Shown one piece after another: positions 29,877-40,744 of a DNA stretch of 64,000 nt (the first letter of the stretch is position 1; each line of letters begins with the position of its first letter). Below the pieces are notes generated by a model. It did no database searches. It was given only the letters and a program-made list of their open reading frames with translations, and was not told the DNA's origin. Source of the stretch: Clostridia bacterium (GTDB lineage: Bacteria; Bacillota; Clostridia; TANB77; CAG-508); NCBI GenBank assembly GCA_045643205.1, contig JAZUKI010000004.1:8331-72330 (forward strand), given 5' to 3'. Both the position numbers and the translations under genes were made by a program.

Positions 29877-31232
29877 ATGACAACTGAAAAAAGAGTAGGA
29901 TCACATAATATTAATATAAAAACTAATGCAATAATAGTAGTTATAGCTTATGTAGCGATTCTTTTAGCAGTATTAAATTTCTTTCGTATAGAATATTACA
30001 ATGCTCAGCATGATGTTTTTTATACATATCCAACAGAAGAAGAAACAGTTTATGAAGATCATATACACTATATTAGAGAAATTGCAGATAATAATAGATT
30101 ACCTCAAACAAATGATTTGCAATATTATCATCCACCATTACATCATTTTATATGTGCAATGTTTTTAAAAGTAATTGAAGTATTTACAAGTAATGTAGAA
30201 ATACAATATGCATTATTACAAATAGTTCCGTTAATAGAATATATATTGTTGATGATTGTTATTAGTAAATTATTAGATACTTTGCATATAGTTGGCAAAT
30301 ATAAAATTTTAGTATTTATATTATTGATATTACATCCATCATACTTTATGCTTTCGAGAGTATTAAACAATGATATGCTAGTTACATTATTAATGTATAC
30401 AGCAATATGGAGAGCTTTTAAATGGTACCAAAAACCAACGGTTAAAAATATTATTTTAACAGGTATATGTGCAGGACTAGCAGTAATGACTAAAATTTCA
30501 GGTGGATTAGTAGCTATACCAATATTATATTTATTTATTAAGAGGGCAATTTCTGATTATAAGAAAAATGAAAATAAAAAGATAATTGTAAAAAAATACA
30601 TAGGACAAACATTGCTATTAGGATTAACTGCATTACCTTTAGGATTATGGTATCCAATTCGAAACTATATAAAATTTAATCAAAGCTTTTTCTATGTATT
30701 AAATCCAACAGAAATATTTAATATAGAAAACGTTGGAGGTAGAAATTTATGGGAAAGATATGGTTTAGATTTTACTTCTAATGCAATTACATTTAGAGGC
30801 AGAACATCATACAATATACCATTAGCAATAATTCAAACTTCAATAATTGGAGAATTAGGACGGGATAATAGTGCAGGATTAGTAAGCATAGTTTTAATTA
30901 TGAATATGATTGCAATATCATTTGCTATATATTGTTTTTGCAAAACTATGTTTAGTAAAAACACATTTAAGAAAAGTAAAACTGCTAAGGGTACACTAAC
31001 ATTATTATTGGTTTTTAATTTTATATCATATTTGATGATGAATAATAAATTGCCATATCCATGTACAATGCATTATAGATATTTGCTAACAACAGCATTT
31101 GTAGGATTTGCATTTATAAAATATTATTTAGACTATTTAAGACACAAAAATAAGAAACAAGAAAATATAATATATTATACAATTTTGTTTTTTGCAGTTA
31201 CTTTATATATATTAGCAATTTTAGCTCAATAA
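29877..31232 (+). CDS. GT-C fold membrane glycosyltransferase (GT39/GT83, PMT/ArnT-like)
   Basis: 451 aa, polytopic. YYHPPLHHFI in the first periplasmic loop region resembles the conserved HPPL motif of the PMT_2/ArnT family. Follows the GtrB-like gene, as GtrC/YfhO-type partners do. Confidence 0.6.
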   Translation: MTTEKRVGSHNINIKTNAIIVVIAYVAILLAVLNFFRIEYYNAQHDVFYTYPTEEETVYEDHIHYIREIADNNRLPQTNDLQYYHPPLHHFICAMFLKVIEVFTSNVEIQYALLQIVPLIEYILLMIVISKLLDTLHIVGKYKILVFILLILHPSYFMLSRVLNNDMLVTLLMYTAIWRAFKWYQKPTVKNIILTGICAGLAVMTKISGGLVAIPILYLFIKRAISDYKKNENKKIIVKKYIGQTLLLGLTALPLGLWYPIRNYIKFNQSFFYVLNPTEIFNIENVGGRNLWERYGLDFTSNAITFRGRTSYNIPLAIIQTSIIGELGRDNSAGLVSIVLIMNMIAISFAIYCFCKTMFSKNTFKKSKTAKGTLTLLLVFNFISYLMMNNKLPYPCTMHYRYLLTTAFVGFAFIKYYLDYLRHKNKKQENIIYYTILFFAVTLYILAILAQ

Positions 31233-31282
31233 AAAAATAAAATACAGAAGAAAACAATAATAGAATCCTGCAGAGGAGAAAA

Positions 31283-32842
31283 ATGAAAACGAGAGTAGTT
31301 ATAATAGGCGCTGGACCAGCTGGTTTAACGGCAGCATATGAACTATTAAAAAATGATGGCCAAAAAAAGTATAGTGTTGAAATTTTTGAAGAGAGTAAAG
31401 ACATCGGAGGAATATCAAAAACAATAAAATTTAATGGCAATAGAATGGATATTGGAGGACATAGATTCTTTTCAAAGAATGATGAAATAATGAATTTTTG
31501 GAAAGAACTAATGCCTATACAAGGGAAAAATTCTTTTGATGATGAAGAATTAGGAAGAGTTAAAAAACTTGAAGAAGGTGGTCCTAATCCAGAGAAAGAA
31601 GACAAAGTATTTTTAATAAGACAAAGAGTTTCAAGAATTTATTTTAATAAAAAATTTTATGACTATCCTATAAGTTTAAAGAAGCAAACATTAAAGAATA
31701 TGGGCTTCAAAAATACAATAGTTGTTGGTTTAAGTTACTTAAAATCATTAATACATAAAAGAGAAGAAAAATCATTAGAAGATTTTTATATAAATAGATT
31801 TGGAAAAAAATTGTATTCAATGTTTTTTGAAAGTTATACTGAAAAACTTTGGGGAAGACATCCAAGTAAAATTTCAGCAGACTGGGGAGCCCAAAGAATA
31901 AAAGGAATTTCAATTAAAACTATCATTAAAGATATTTTTAATAAGAAAAATAATAAGAAAAACAATAAAAACACTGAAACATCACTGATTGAACAGTTTT
32001 ATTATCCTAAATTTGGACCAGGACAATTATGGGAGACTTTAGCCAATAAGGTTGTAGAACTGGGTGGAAAAATAAATTTAGAATGCTCAGTACAAAAAAT
32101 AAATTTCAACGAAAACAAAATTGTTTCTATAGAATACAAAAAAGAGAATAAAGTTAAAGTAGTTGATACTGACATTTGTATTTCTTCAATGCCTATAAAA
32201 AATCTAATTAATAGTTTTGAAAAAACAGTTCCAATAGAAATGCAAGATATTGCTAATGGATTACCTTATAGAGATTTTGTTACTGTCGGAATTCAAGTAG
32301 ATAAATTAAATATAAAAAATGAAACTGATATTAAAACAATAAACAACATTGTTCCTGATTGTTGGATATATGTTCAAGAACCAAATATTAAAATGATGAG
32401 AATTCAAGTTTTCAATAATTGGTCTCCTTACTTGGTTAAAGATATACATAATAAAGTTTGGATAGGTACAGAATATACTTGTGAAGAAGGAGATGAATTT
32501 TGGAATAAAGCAGATGAAGAAATTTCAAAATTTGCAGTAGAAGAGCTAGCAAAAATGAACATTATAGATAAGGAACAAGTCGAATTTACTCATTGTGAAA
32601 AAGTAAAAAAAGGTTATCCAGCATATTTTGATACATATAAAGATATAAACAAGTTAGTTTCATATTTAAACAAAATAGAAAATTTATATTGTATAGGAAG
32701 AAATGGACAACATAGATATAACAACATGGATCATTCAATGCTTACTGGGATTGAAACAGTAAAATGTATTAAAAAAAATAAAAATGACAAATCAAGTATT
32801 TGGAATATAAATGCTGAAAAAGAATATCATGAAGAAAAATAA
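31283..32842 (+). CDS. FAD/NAD(P)-binding oxidoreductase (amine-oxidase / UDP-galactopyranose-mutase superfamily)
   Basis: 519 aa. N-terminal Rossmann motif [17 protein letters not shown]. Embedded in the glycan locus. Precise function not determinable. Confidence 0.55.
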   Translation: MKTRVVIIGAGPAGLTAAYELLKNDGQKKYSVEIFEESKDIGGISKTIKFNGNRMDIGGHRFFSKNDEIMNFWKELMPIQGKNSFDDEELGRVKKLEEGGPNPEKEDKVFLIRQRVSRIYFNKKFYDYPISLKKQTLKNMGFKNTIVVGLSYLKSLIHKREEKSLEDFYINRFGKKLYSMFFESYTEKLWGRHPSKISADWGAQRIKGISIKTIIKDIFNKKNNKKNNKNTETSLIEQFYYPKFGPGQLWETLANKVVELGGKINLECSVQKINFNENKIVSIEYKKENKVKVVDTDICISSMPIKNLINSFEKTVPIEMQDIANGLPYRDFVTVGIQVDKLNIKNETDIKTINNIVPDCWIYVQEPNIKMMRIQVFNNWSPYLVKDIHNKVWIGTEYTCEEGDEFWNKADEEISKFAVEELAKMNIIDKEQVEFTHCEKVKKGYPAYFDTYKDINKLVSYLNKIENLYCIGRNGQHRYNNMDHSMLTGIETVKCIKKNKNDKSSIWNINAEKEYHEEK

Positions 32843-32916
32843 TGTTATGAAGAAAATAATATAAACTAGAAATATTAAAAAGAACAAAACCATAATAAGT
32901 TTAAGGAGGTTACATT

Positions 32917-34089
32917 ATGTGGGGAGATATAGCAATTGCTTTTATGCTTTCTTTTATTACATCGTTTGTTTGCGTACCAATGACAATTAAATTAGCTAAG
33001 AGAGTTGGAGCAATAGATTATCCTGATGAGAGAAGAGTAAATGTAAAACCAATACCTAGAATAGGTGGAATTGCAGTAATACTAGGCTTTTTAGTTGCAA
33101 TGGTGTTTCTAATTACAACTATGGTAATTCAAGGCGATTTAAATTTAGAAGAAGAAAATATGAAAATGAAACTTATTGGTTTCTTACTTGGAGGAATTAT
33201 TTTAGTTTCTGCAGCATTATTTGATGATATTAAAAATTTAAAACCTTGGATGAAATTTTTAGCACAATTAGTTGCAGCTGGAATAGTTGTAGGATTTGGT
33301 GTTAGAATTGATAGTTTCAACAATATTGAAATTCCAGTTTGGGCAAGTATTAGCATAACTATATTATGGATTGTTGGAATAATAAATGCGATTAATCTTA
33401 TAGATGGATTAGATGGATTATCATCAGGTATTTCATTAATATCATGTTTGTGCTTATTAATAATATTTGCAACAAATTTTTCACCAATTATTTCTATTAT
33501 ATTAGTAACTGCATTAGCTGGAGGAATTACAGGATTCTTACCATTTAATATAAATCCAGCAAAAACTTTTATAGGTGATGTAGGAGCACAATTTTTAGGT
33601 TATGCATTATCTGTTATAGCAATATTTGGTGTTGCAAAAACAGTTACATTATTTGTATTAATTGCTCCAATTTTAATTTTGGGATTACCTATTTTTGATA
33701 CAGTATTTGCCATTATTAGAAGAATGATAAAAGGAAAATCAATTAAAGCTGTTTTTCAAGCAGATAGAGGACATTTGCATCATAGATTAATGGATCAAGG
33801 TTTTACACAAAAACAATCTGTTACAATTTTATATGCACTAAGTGCTTCTTTAGGAATGTTTGCAATTATTTTAGTAGATGACAATTGGCAAAAAGCATTA
33901 GCATTTATTATAGTAGTTGCCATAGTCGTATTATTAGGATTTAGAGGAGTTAAGGCATATAAGAAATCAATAATTGAAGAAAATAAAGAATTAAATTTAG
34001 TAGATAAAGAAAAGCTTGAAAAAATAGCAAAAGATAAAGAAAAAGAAAAAGTAGAAAAGAAAAAGACTAAAGAGAATAAAAAGAAGTAA
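32917..34089 (+). CDS. Polyprenyl-phosphate N-acetylhexosamine-1-phosphate transferase (WecA/TagO/MraY family, GT4) with Lys/Glu-rich tail
   Basis: 390 aa, polytopic. DDIKNL ... NAINLIDGLDGL ... FIGDVGAQFLG are the conserved PNPT-family motifs. Confidence 0.8.
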   Translation: MWGDIAIAFMLSFITSFVCVPMTIKLAKRVGAIDYPDERRVNVKPIPRIGGIAVILGFLVAMVFLITTMVIQGDLNLEEENMKMKLIGFLLGGIILVSAALFDDIKNLKPWMKFLAQLVAAGIVVGFGVRIDSFNNIEIPVWASISITILWIVGIINAINLIDGLDGLSSGISLISCLCLLIIFATNFSPIISIILVTALAGGITGFLPFNINPAKTFIGDVGAQFLGYALSVIAIFGVAKTVTLFVLIAPILILGLPIFDTVFAIIRRMIKGKSIKAVFQADRGHLHHRLMDQGFTQKQSVTILYALSASLGMFAIILVDDNWQKALAFIIVVAIVVLLGFRGVKAYKKSIIEENKELNLVDKEKLEKIAKDKEKEKVEKKKTKENKKK

Positions 34090-34135
34090 TAAAAGCAAGT
34101 GATAAAAACAAAAAATAAAAAGGGGAAAATTTAAT

Positions 34136-35137
34136 ATGGGAGAAAACATAGTTAACCCAGAATTGAATAATGAAATTGAAGAATCTTCTGAAAATGCTTT
34201 AAGACCACAAAGATTAAGCGAATATATTGGACAAACAGGTGTTAAAGAAAAGATGCAAGTATACATTGAAGCAGCAAAGAAAAGAAATGAGACTTTAGAC
34301 CATGTTTTATTATATGGTCCTCCAGGATTAGGAAAAACAACTCTTGCAAATATAATTTCAAATGAAATGAATTCAAACATAAAGACAACATCTGGTCCTG
34401 CAATTGAAAAAGCAGGAGATTTAGCGGCAATATTAACTAGTCTTTCTGAAAATGATGTTTTGTTTATCGATGAGATTCATAGATTAAATAAAAATGTAGA
34501 GGAAATACTTTATCCAGCATTAGAAGATTTTACAGTAGATATAATGATTGGAAAAGGACCAACAGCAAAATCAATCAGATTAAATTTACCTAAATTTACT
34601 TTAATTGGTGCAACTACAAAAGCAGGTTCATTAACAACACCTTTACGTGATAGATTTGGAATAGTTGAAAGACTAGAACTATATGAACCAGAAGAATTGG
34701 CTATGATTGTAAAAAGATCAGCTAAAATTTTAAAGGTAAATATTGATGAAGATGCAGCATATGAAATAGCTAGACGTTCTCGTGGAACACCTAGAATTGC
34801 AAATAGATTGCTAAAAAGAGTAAGCGATTATGCTGTAGTTTTAGGTGATGGAAATATTAACTTAAACGATGCAAAGAATGCATTAAATAAATTAGAAATT
34901 GATGAATTAGGATTAGATAATTTAGATAGAAGACTATTAAAGACATTAATAGATACATATCATGGAAGACCAGTTGGGGCAGATACATTGGCTACAACTT
35001 TAGGAGAAGAAACAACGACTATTGAAGATGTATATGAACCATACTTAATACAAATAGGATTTATAGCAAGAACACCTAGAGGAAGACAAGCAATGCCAGA
35101 AGCATATAAGCATCTTGGATATAAATATGAAGAATAA
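34136..35137 (+). CDS. ruvB: Holliday junction branch migration helicase RuvB
   Basis: 333 aa. [12 protein letters not shown]...[14 protein letters not shown]...LFIDEIHRL. Confidence 0.9.
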   Translation: MGENIVNPELNNEIEESSENALRPQRLSEYIGQTGVKEKMQVYIEAAKKRNETLDHVLLYGPPGLGKTTLANIISNEMNSNIKTTSGPAIEKAGDLAAILTSLSENDVLFIDEIHRLNKNVEEILYPALEDFTVDIMIGKGPTAKSIRLNLPKFTLIGATTKAGSLTTPLRDRFGIVERLELYEPEELAMIVKRSAKILKVNIDEDAAYEIARRSRGTPRIANRLLKRVSDYAVVLGDGNINLNDAKNALNKLEIDELGLDNLDRRLLKTLIDTYHGRPVGADTLATTLGEETTTIEDVYEPYLIQIGFIARTPRGRQAMPEAYKHLGYKYEE

Positions 35138-35151
35138 TTAGGAGAATATAG

Positions 35152-36732
35152 ATGAAAAAAGATAAAATCTTTTTTTGGATAATTACAATTTTAACTGTAG
35201 GATTTGTTTTCTGTGTTACACTTAGCGGAATAATTAATCATAACATTTCAGATTTGGATGAATTATGGCAATTTAATATATCAAAACAAATAGGTAATGG
35301 TTTAATTCCATATACAGATATAAGTATGATAACAACACCTTTAACATCATGGATAGGAGCAATATTTCTAAATATAATTGGAGTTAATGTTTTTAATTTT
35401 AGAATTTTAACTGCAATTATAGTTAGCATAATAGCATTAGTAACTATGCTTATATGCAAAGAATTAACCAATAAAAAATTATTTGCATTTGTTACTACAA
35501 TGATTCTTACAGAAATGTTTTTGATTAATTATAGATTGGATTACAATGTTACCACCAATATATTAGTTTTAATAATTCTTCTAATTGAATTAAAATTAAT
35601 GAAGAAATATAACAATGAAACAAATTCTAAAGTACCATTAAAATTTAATCATATAATAATTGGAATTGTTTCAGGACTAGCTATTATTAATAAACAAACA
35701 TTAGGAATATTTATATCATTAGCTGTTATTATTGTTCCGTTATTGTTTTTAACAAAAGATAATAAAAAAAATATATTAAAAAATATACTATATAGAATAA
35801 TTGGTATTGTAATTCCAGTTGCAATATTTATAGTATATCTTTTAATAAGTAATAGTTTTTATGATTGCATGAGTTATATAATACTTGGAATTAAATCTTT
35901 TGATAACTTTATTGGATATTCAAAATTAATTGAAAAAAGAGAGGGAGGTATTAATGTTTTAGCAATATTAGTACCTATGATAGAAATATTAACTCTTATT
36001 GTAATCTTAGTAGTAAGAATAGGAAAGCATAAAGGTAAAAAATCAACATTAGAAAAAAGTGAATTTGATAAATTACAATTATTATTTATATATTCTTTAC
36101 CAATGTTTACTTTAATATATCCAATTGCAGATAGAATACATTTTTTAATTGGGATATATGTTATATCAATTTTAATTATGTATGAATTATATATAAGCAT
36201 TCAAATTATTATTAAAAACAAAAAGGAAAAAACTAAATATTTAATTTATATATTTAGTTTTATACTGTTAATGGGATATCCAGTATATTCAAATCTTGTT
36301 TATTTAAAGGAGAATACAACTCAATATATTGATGCAAAAAAATCAGACATTCATTATTATGAGAATACAGTTTATTCTAGTGCAATACAACAAAGAGTAT
36401 ACGAAATAGAAAATTTTATAAATTTAGAACAAAATAAAGGATATAAGATAATCATAGTTGATGCAGAAGCAGCAGCTAGTGAAATACCATTAGATATATA
36501 TAATAAAAATTACTCAATGTTTACAAAAGGAAATTTGGGAGCAAAAGGGGAAGATGGAATTATAGAGGATATAAAGAAATCTGAAAAATGCATATATTTA
36601 ATTAAAAATAGTAGATATAAACCTAATTGGCAAAATCCTTCTAAAGTTACAAACTTTATAAAAGAAAATTTATATTTAATTGATTCTGTTTATGTTTTTG
36701 ATTGTTATGTAGTTGAAGCAGGAGGAAGATAA
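35152..36732 (+). CDS. Polytopic membrane protein (possible GT-C-type glycosyltransferase)
   Basis: 526 aa with more than 10 TM helices. An acidic DLDELW segment follows TM1 (GT-C enzymes carry a DE/DD motif in the first external loop). Weak support. Confidence 0.3.
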   Translation: MKKDKIFFWIITILTVGFVFCVTLSGIINHNISDLDELWQFNISKQIGNGLIPYTDISMITTPLTSWIGAIFLNIIGVNVFNFRILTAIIVSIIALVTMLICKELTNKKLFAFVTTMILTEMFLINYRLDYNVTTNILVLIILLIELKLMKKYNNETNSKVPLKFNHIIIGIVSGLAIINKQTLGIFISLAVIIVPLLFLTKDNKKNILKNILYRIIGIVIPVAIFIVYLLISNSFYDCMSYIILGIKSFDNFIGYSKLIEKREGGINVLAILVPMIEILTLIVILVVRIGKHKGKKSTLEKSEFDKLQLLFIYSLPMFTLIYPIADRIHFLIGIYVISILIMYELYISIQIIIKNKKEKTKYLIYIFSFILLMGYPVYSNLVYLKENTTQYIDAKKSDIHYYENTVYSSAIQQRVYEIENFINLEQNKGYKIIIVDAEAAASEIPLDIYNKNYSMFTKGNLGAKGEDGIIEDIKKSEKCIYLIKNSRYKPNWQNPSKVTNFIKENLYLIDSVYVFDCYVVEAGGR

Positions 36733-37770
36733 ATGAAATTATTGTTACATGCTTGTTGTGCACCTTGCAGTGTGTATTGTGTGGATACATTAAGAGCAGA
36801 AGGCATTGAGCCTACAATGTATTGGTTCAATCCAAATATTCATCCATACAAAGAATATGTTTCAAGAAGAGATTGTTTTAAAGAATATTGTCAAACACAA
36901 AATTTAAAAAGTATTATTGAAGATGAATATGGACTTGATGAATTTTGTAAGAATGTTTCGAATGACATTAAAGGAAGATGTATAAATTATTGTTATCCAA
37001 TAAGACTAAGAAAAATTTTTGAATATGCAAAAGAAAATGGATACGATACAGTTAGTACAACATTACTTTATAGTATTTATCAAAAACATGATTTTATAAA
37101 AAAGTATTGCGAAGATTTATCTAAAGAATTTGAAATAGATTTTTTATATAGAGATTTTAGGGTTGGTTTTGAACAAGGACATCAAAAAGCATATGAACTA
37201 GAATTATATTTACAAAAATATTGTGGATGTGTTTTTAGCGAAGAAGATAGGTATTATTACCATAGTGCAGAGAAACCAACAATACCAATAAATTATGAAG
37301 AAATGAACCAAAAGAACATATGTGTAAAAAAGATAGAAAATAAAGAAGAATATATAGACTTATTTTTAGAAGCAGATCCATCAGAAGAATGTATTAAAAA
37401 ATATTTAAATGATTCAGATGTATATGGATTACAAGTAGATAAGGATATTGTTTCTTTAGCAGTAATTTTGCATATTTCTGATAAAACATTAGAATTAAAA
37501 AATCTAGTCACAAAAGAAGAATATCGAGGAAAAGGATATGCAAAAAAATTATTGAAGTCATTATGTGGAAATTACAAACAAAAATACAACCAAATAATAG
37601 TTGGAACATCAGAAAATAATATACCATTCTATGTAAAACAAGGATTTGATAAATACGAAAAGACAATTAAGAACTTCTTTATAGATAATTATAATGAAGA
37701 AATATGGGATGGAAATTTACAATGCATTGATATGTATTATTATTCAAAAGATTTAAAGAAAAAACTATAG
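36733..37770 (+). CDS. queH: Epoxyqueuosine reductase QueH fused to a C-terminal GNAT acetyltransferase-like domain
   Basis: Residues 1-180 carry MKLLLHACCAPCS...YxxxxGC, the QueH/DUF208 Cys-cluster hallmarks. Residues about 230-320 carry EEYRGKGYAKKLLKSL and an FYVKQGF-type GNAT core. Confidence 0.7.
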   Translation: MKLLLHACCAPCSVYCVDTLRAEGIEPTMYWFNPNIHPYKEYVSRRDCFKEYCQTQNLKSIIEDEYGLDEFCKNVSNDIKGRCINYCYPIRLRKIFEYAKENGYDTVSTTLLYSIYQKHDFIKKYCEDLSKEFEIDFLYRDFRVGFEQGHQKAYELELYLQKYCGCVFSEEDRYYYHSAEKPTIPINYEEMNQKNICVKKIENKEEYIDLFLEADPSEECIKKYLNDSDVYGLQVDKDIVSLAVILHISDKTLELKNLVTKEEYRGKGYAKKLLKSLCGNYKQKYNQIIVGTSENNIPFYVKQGFDKYEKTIKNFFIDNYNEEIWDGNLQCIDMYYYSKDLKKKL

Positions 37771-37793
37771 ATTAAAATTAATGGAGAAAATTT

Positions 37794-40193
37794 GTGATAA
37801 TAAAGGATGAATTAAAAAGAAAAAATATAATAGACAGAATGATAAAAGAACAAGATATTATTTCATTTTATGCAAATACACATTTTAATAAATCTTTAAA
37901 TATCTTACAAGATTATGATGAAGGTCTATATTATAGCCAAATAGGTGACTTTATTATGGAAAACAGTGAAATGCTAGCAAATTTTTCAGTGAAAAATTTA
38001 TACAATGTACTTGCTAGTGTATCTGAAGATGAAGATAAAAAGAAAATAAATTCTTTTCTTATTAGTAAATTAGAAAAAGAAGATTTTTTCATTGAACCAA
38101 TAGATTTAGAATTTATGATGAAAAATTTTTATACAAGTTCATACTATAGCAAGATAGAAGAAAATACTAGAAGTTCAATAAATGAAAAATTAATGGCTAG
38201 CTATGATGAATTAAAAGGCACAAAATATGAAAAGATAATAAAGAGTTTTTCAAAATATACAGATATAGCCAACTTTTTAAAATATTATAAAGAGGGCATT
38301 TTTACAGATGAAAAAATTAAAGCATTAGAAGCAATGATAGATAAAAATCCTAATGCAATGGATAATGTAAATTTTGGAATATTTAAAGATGAAATATTTG
38401 CCATGGGAACTGAATTTTGTGAATATGTATCAAAATTCCCATCACTAAGTTACCAACTTGTTTTTTTAAGTGAACATGCTCCTGAATTAGTAAAAGTTAT
38501 TTCAAATAGAGTAAAAACATACGATAATGTAAAAGATAATCTTGATGAAATAGAAACATTAATTACATATTCTGCTAGAAATGCATTCGAATTAAAAAAT
38601 ATTTCAATAAACAGTAATGAACTTATTGAATGTGCATATAGAAACTCAAATGATTTTGGATTAATAAATGTTCCATATGGGGAAGATTATGAAAAAAGAT
38701 TAAATGAAGAGTTAAATAGAAAATATGAAAATGCTAGAGATAAAGATGAAAAGCTAAATATATATTTAAATAAAGTATATTCTATCTCTTTAGATAAATC
38801 AAAAAAAATGTTAAGTGAGTACGGAAGTGATCTAGGAAACTTAAATTTACCAGAAGAAACATTATCATTCTTCAGTGAATTAAACAAGATAATTCAGATA
38901 GATGATGAAACTTCAATTAATAAGATGTTTGAAAATTCTACTAGAAGTTACTTACCAAGTCAAATAGCACAAATTAAAAAAAGTATCGCAAATGAATGTG
39001 CAAAAGACTTTTCTAAAGAATTTGATTTAACAGGAAAAAATTTAGATTCACAAAATGAAGATATTGAAGAAATTGAATTTGATGGAAAGAAAATAAAACA
39101 AATAAATCTACATGGCAAGTTTAATATGCTAGTACATAGTACAGATTCTGGATTTATAAGAAATGCAAAAGAGACAGAAAACTATAAAGAAGAATGGAAT
39201 TCTAACAAAGATAAGAAAAATCATATAGTTTCTACAACATATATAAATCAAGACTTTATAGGATTAGCTCCTGTAGGAGAAAGTGGCGTAAGATACGGCT
39301 TTGCACATCTAAATGAATCTCAAATAAAGTTAATGGGAGTTACAGATTTAAATACTTATTCAAGTAATTTCGCATATGATGCAGCTACAAAACAATATAT
39401 GTCATCTAAGACTTTACTATACAACACAAGAAGAGTTTATAGTGAATTTGGAATAGAACGTGAAGAAACTAATCCTGATTATATTATTATATGTGATGAT
39501 GATTCAAAGGAATTAACTCAAAATGCATATAAAGCAGCAAGTCAATTTAATATACCTATAGTTTATATTGATAAGCAAAAAATCGAACAAAATCAAATTA
39601 ATAATTTAGATAATTTAATAGAAGAATTTAAACGAACTCAAGATACAAACACATTAAAGAAATTAATTAATGCATATGAAACTAATATGTCAGGCTGGTT
39701 ATTAAATAGAAGTGATACAATAGAAAACGACAATTCATATACTGCGGATATAGATAATTCAAGATTTATAGATGACTTTAATAATAGAAAAACACAATTG
39801 ACTGATTTAGTTCAAGATTTTTTAAGTAAAGAAAATAAAGAAAATGAAATTGTTGAAGTAATAGAAATTTTATTAGAAGAAATTGAATTATATGAAGATT
39901 GTGAAAAGGATAAACCGATTAGCAAAACGAAAATAAGTTTTGATGCAAATGATTTACTAATAAATGCAAATGAAAAACTAACAGAAATGGGTAAGGACAA
40001 TTTAAAAGTTAATTTAGAGTCAGGAGAAAAATTATCACAATACAAATTAAGAATTAATGATTGTGTAAAAAGTTTCTTAAGTGGAGAAGAACCAGTTACA
40101 TCAGAAAATGTTAGAGCAGTAAAAGAAAAAATGCTTAGTTTAGAAAAGTCAGAAATTACAAATGATACAAAGGAAATTAATGAACTAGAGTAA
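37794..40193 (+). CDS. Large hypothetical cytoplasmic protein (Lys/Glu/Asn-rich)
   Basis: 799 aa. GTG start with RBS GGAGAAAA. No TM segment, signal peptide or recognisable motif. Confidence 0.4.
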   Translation: MIIKDELKRKNIIDRMIKEQDIISFYANTHFNKSLNILQDYDEGLYYSQIGDFIMENSEMLANFSVKNLYNVLASVSEDEDKKKINSFLISKLEKEDFFIEPIDLEFMMKNFYTSSYYSKIEENTRSSINEKLMASYDELKGTKYEKIIKSFSKYTDIANFLKYYKEGIFTDEKIKALEAMIDKNPNAMDNVNFGIFKDEIFAMGTEFCEYVSKFPSLSYQLVFLSEHAPELVKVISNRVKTYDNVKDNLDEIETLITYSARNAFELKNISINSNELIECAYRNSNDFGLINVPYGEDYEKRLNEELNRKYENARDKDEKLNIYLNKVYSISLDKSKKMLSEYGSDLGNLNLPEETLSFFSELNKIIQIDDETSINKMFENSTRSYLPSQIAQIKKSIANECAKDFSKEFDLTGKNLDSQNEDIEEIEFDGKKIKQINLHGKFNMLVHSTDSGFIRNAKETENYKEEWNSNKDKKNHIVSTTYINQDFIGLAPVGESGVRYGFAHLNESQIKLMGVTDLNTYSSNFAYDAATKQYMSSKTLLYNTRRVYSEFGIEREETNPDYIIICDDDSKELTQNAYKAASQFNIPIVYIDKQKIEQNQINNLDNLIEEFKRTQDTNTLKKLINAYETNMSGWLLNRSDTIENDNSYTADIDNSRFIDDFNNRKTQLTDLVQDFLSKENKENEIVEVIEILLEEIELYEDCEKDKPISKTKISFDANDLLINANEKLTEMGKDNLKVNLESGEKLSQYKLRINDCVKSFLSGEEPVTSENVRAVKEKMLSLEKSEITNDTKEINELE

Positions 40194-40212
40194 AAAAATA
40201 GGAGAAAATTTT

Positions 40213-40728
40213 ATGGTAAATACATTCAATGTTTCGTGTACAGAAGTATATGAAATAATAAAAAAATTGCCAGAGAAAGAATTAGAAAAAATACCTCAAA
40301 AAGAAATAGAATTTTTAGAAAAAAATATGGATAAGTCATATTCTTTTGAATGTAATGAAAATATTTTAAATCCTAATAGTAATATTTCATTAGAAGCTAA
40401 AGCTATGATTATAATATTATGGGAAAAATATTTTGCAAGTGATTTACAAAGACAAAAATTGAAAGCTATACTAGAAAGAAATCAAATTAAAGTTGAAGAG
40501 GAAAAAAGAAGAAAATATTCCTATGAAATGCTATTTGAAAGAAACAGTAAAACACAAAATTTAAAAGAAAAAAATCACAATGATTTTAAAATAAATGAGA
40601 ATACAAAAAATATAGAAACTATTAAAAATACCGCAAATGCAACCAATATAGAGAATGCATTAGTTGTAAAAAAAGAAGGCTTATTAAGTAAAATCAAAAA
40701 CTTTTTTAAAAAAATTTTGAAAAAATAA
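40213..40728 (+). CDS. Hypothetical protein
   Basis: 171 aa with RBS AGGAGAAAA. No motif. Confidence 0.4.
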   Translation: MVNTFNVSCTEVYEIIKKLPEKELEKIPQKEIEFLEKNMDKSYSFECNENILNPNSNISLEAKAMIIILWEKYFASDLQRQKLKAILERNQIKVEEEKRRKYSYEMLFERNSKTQNLKEKNHNDFKINENTKNIETIKNTANATNIENALVVKKEGLLSKIKNFFKKILKK

Positions 40729-40744
40729 AAGTAAAGGAATGAAT

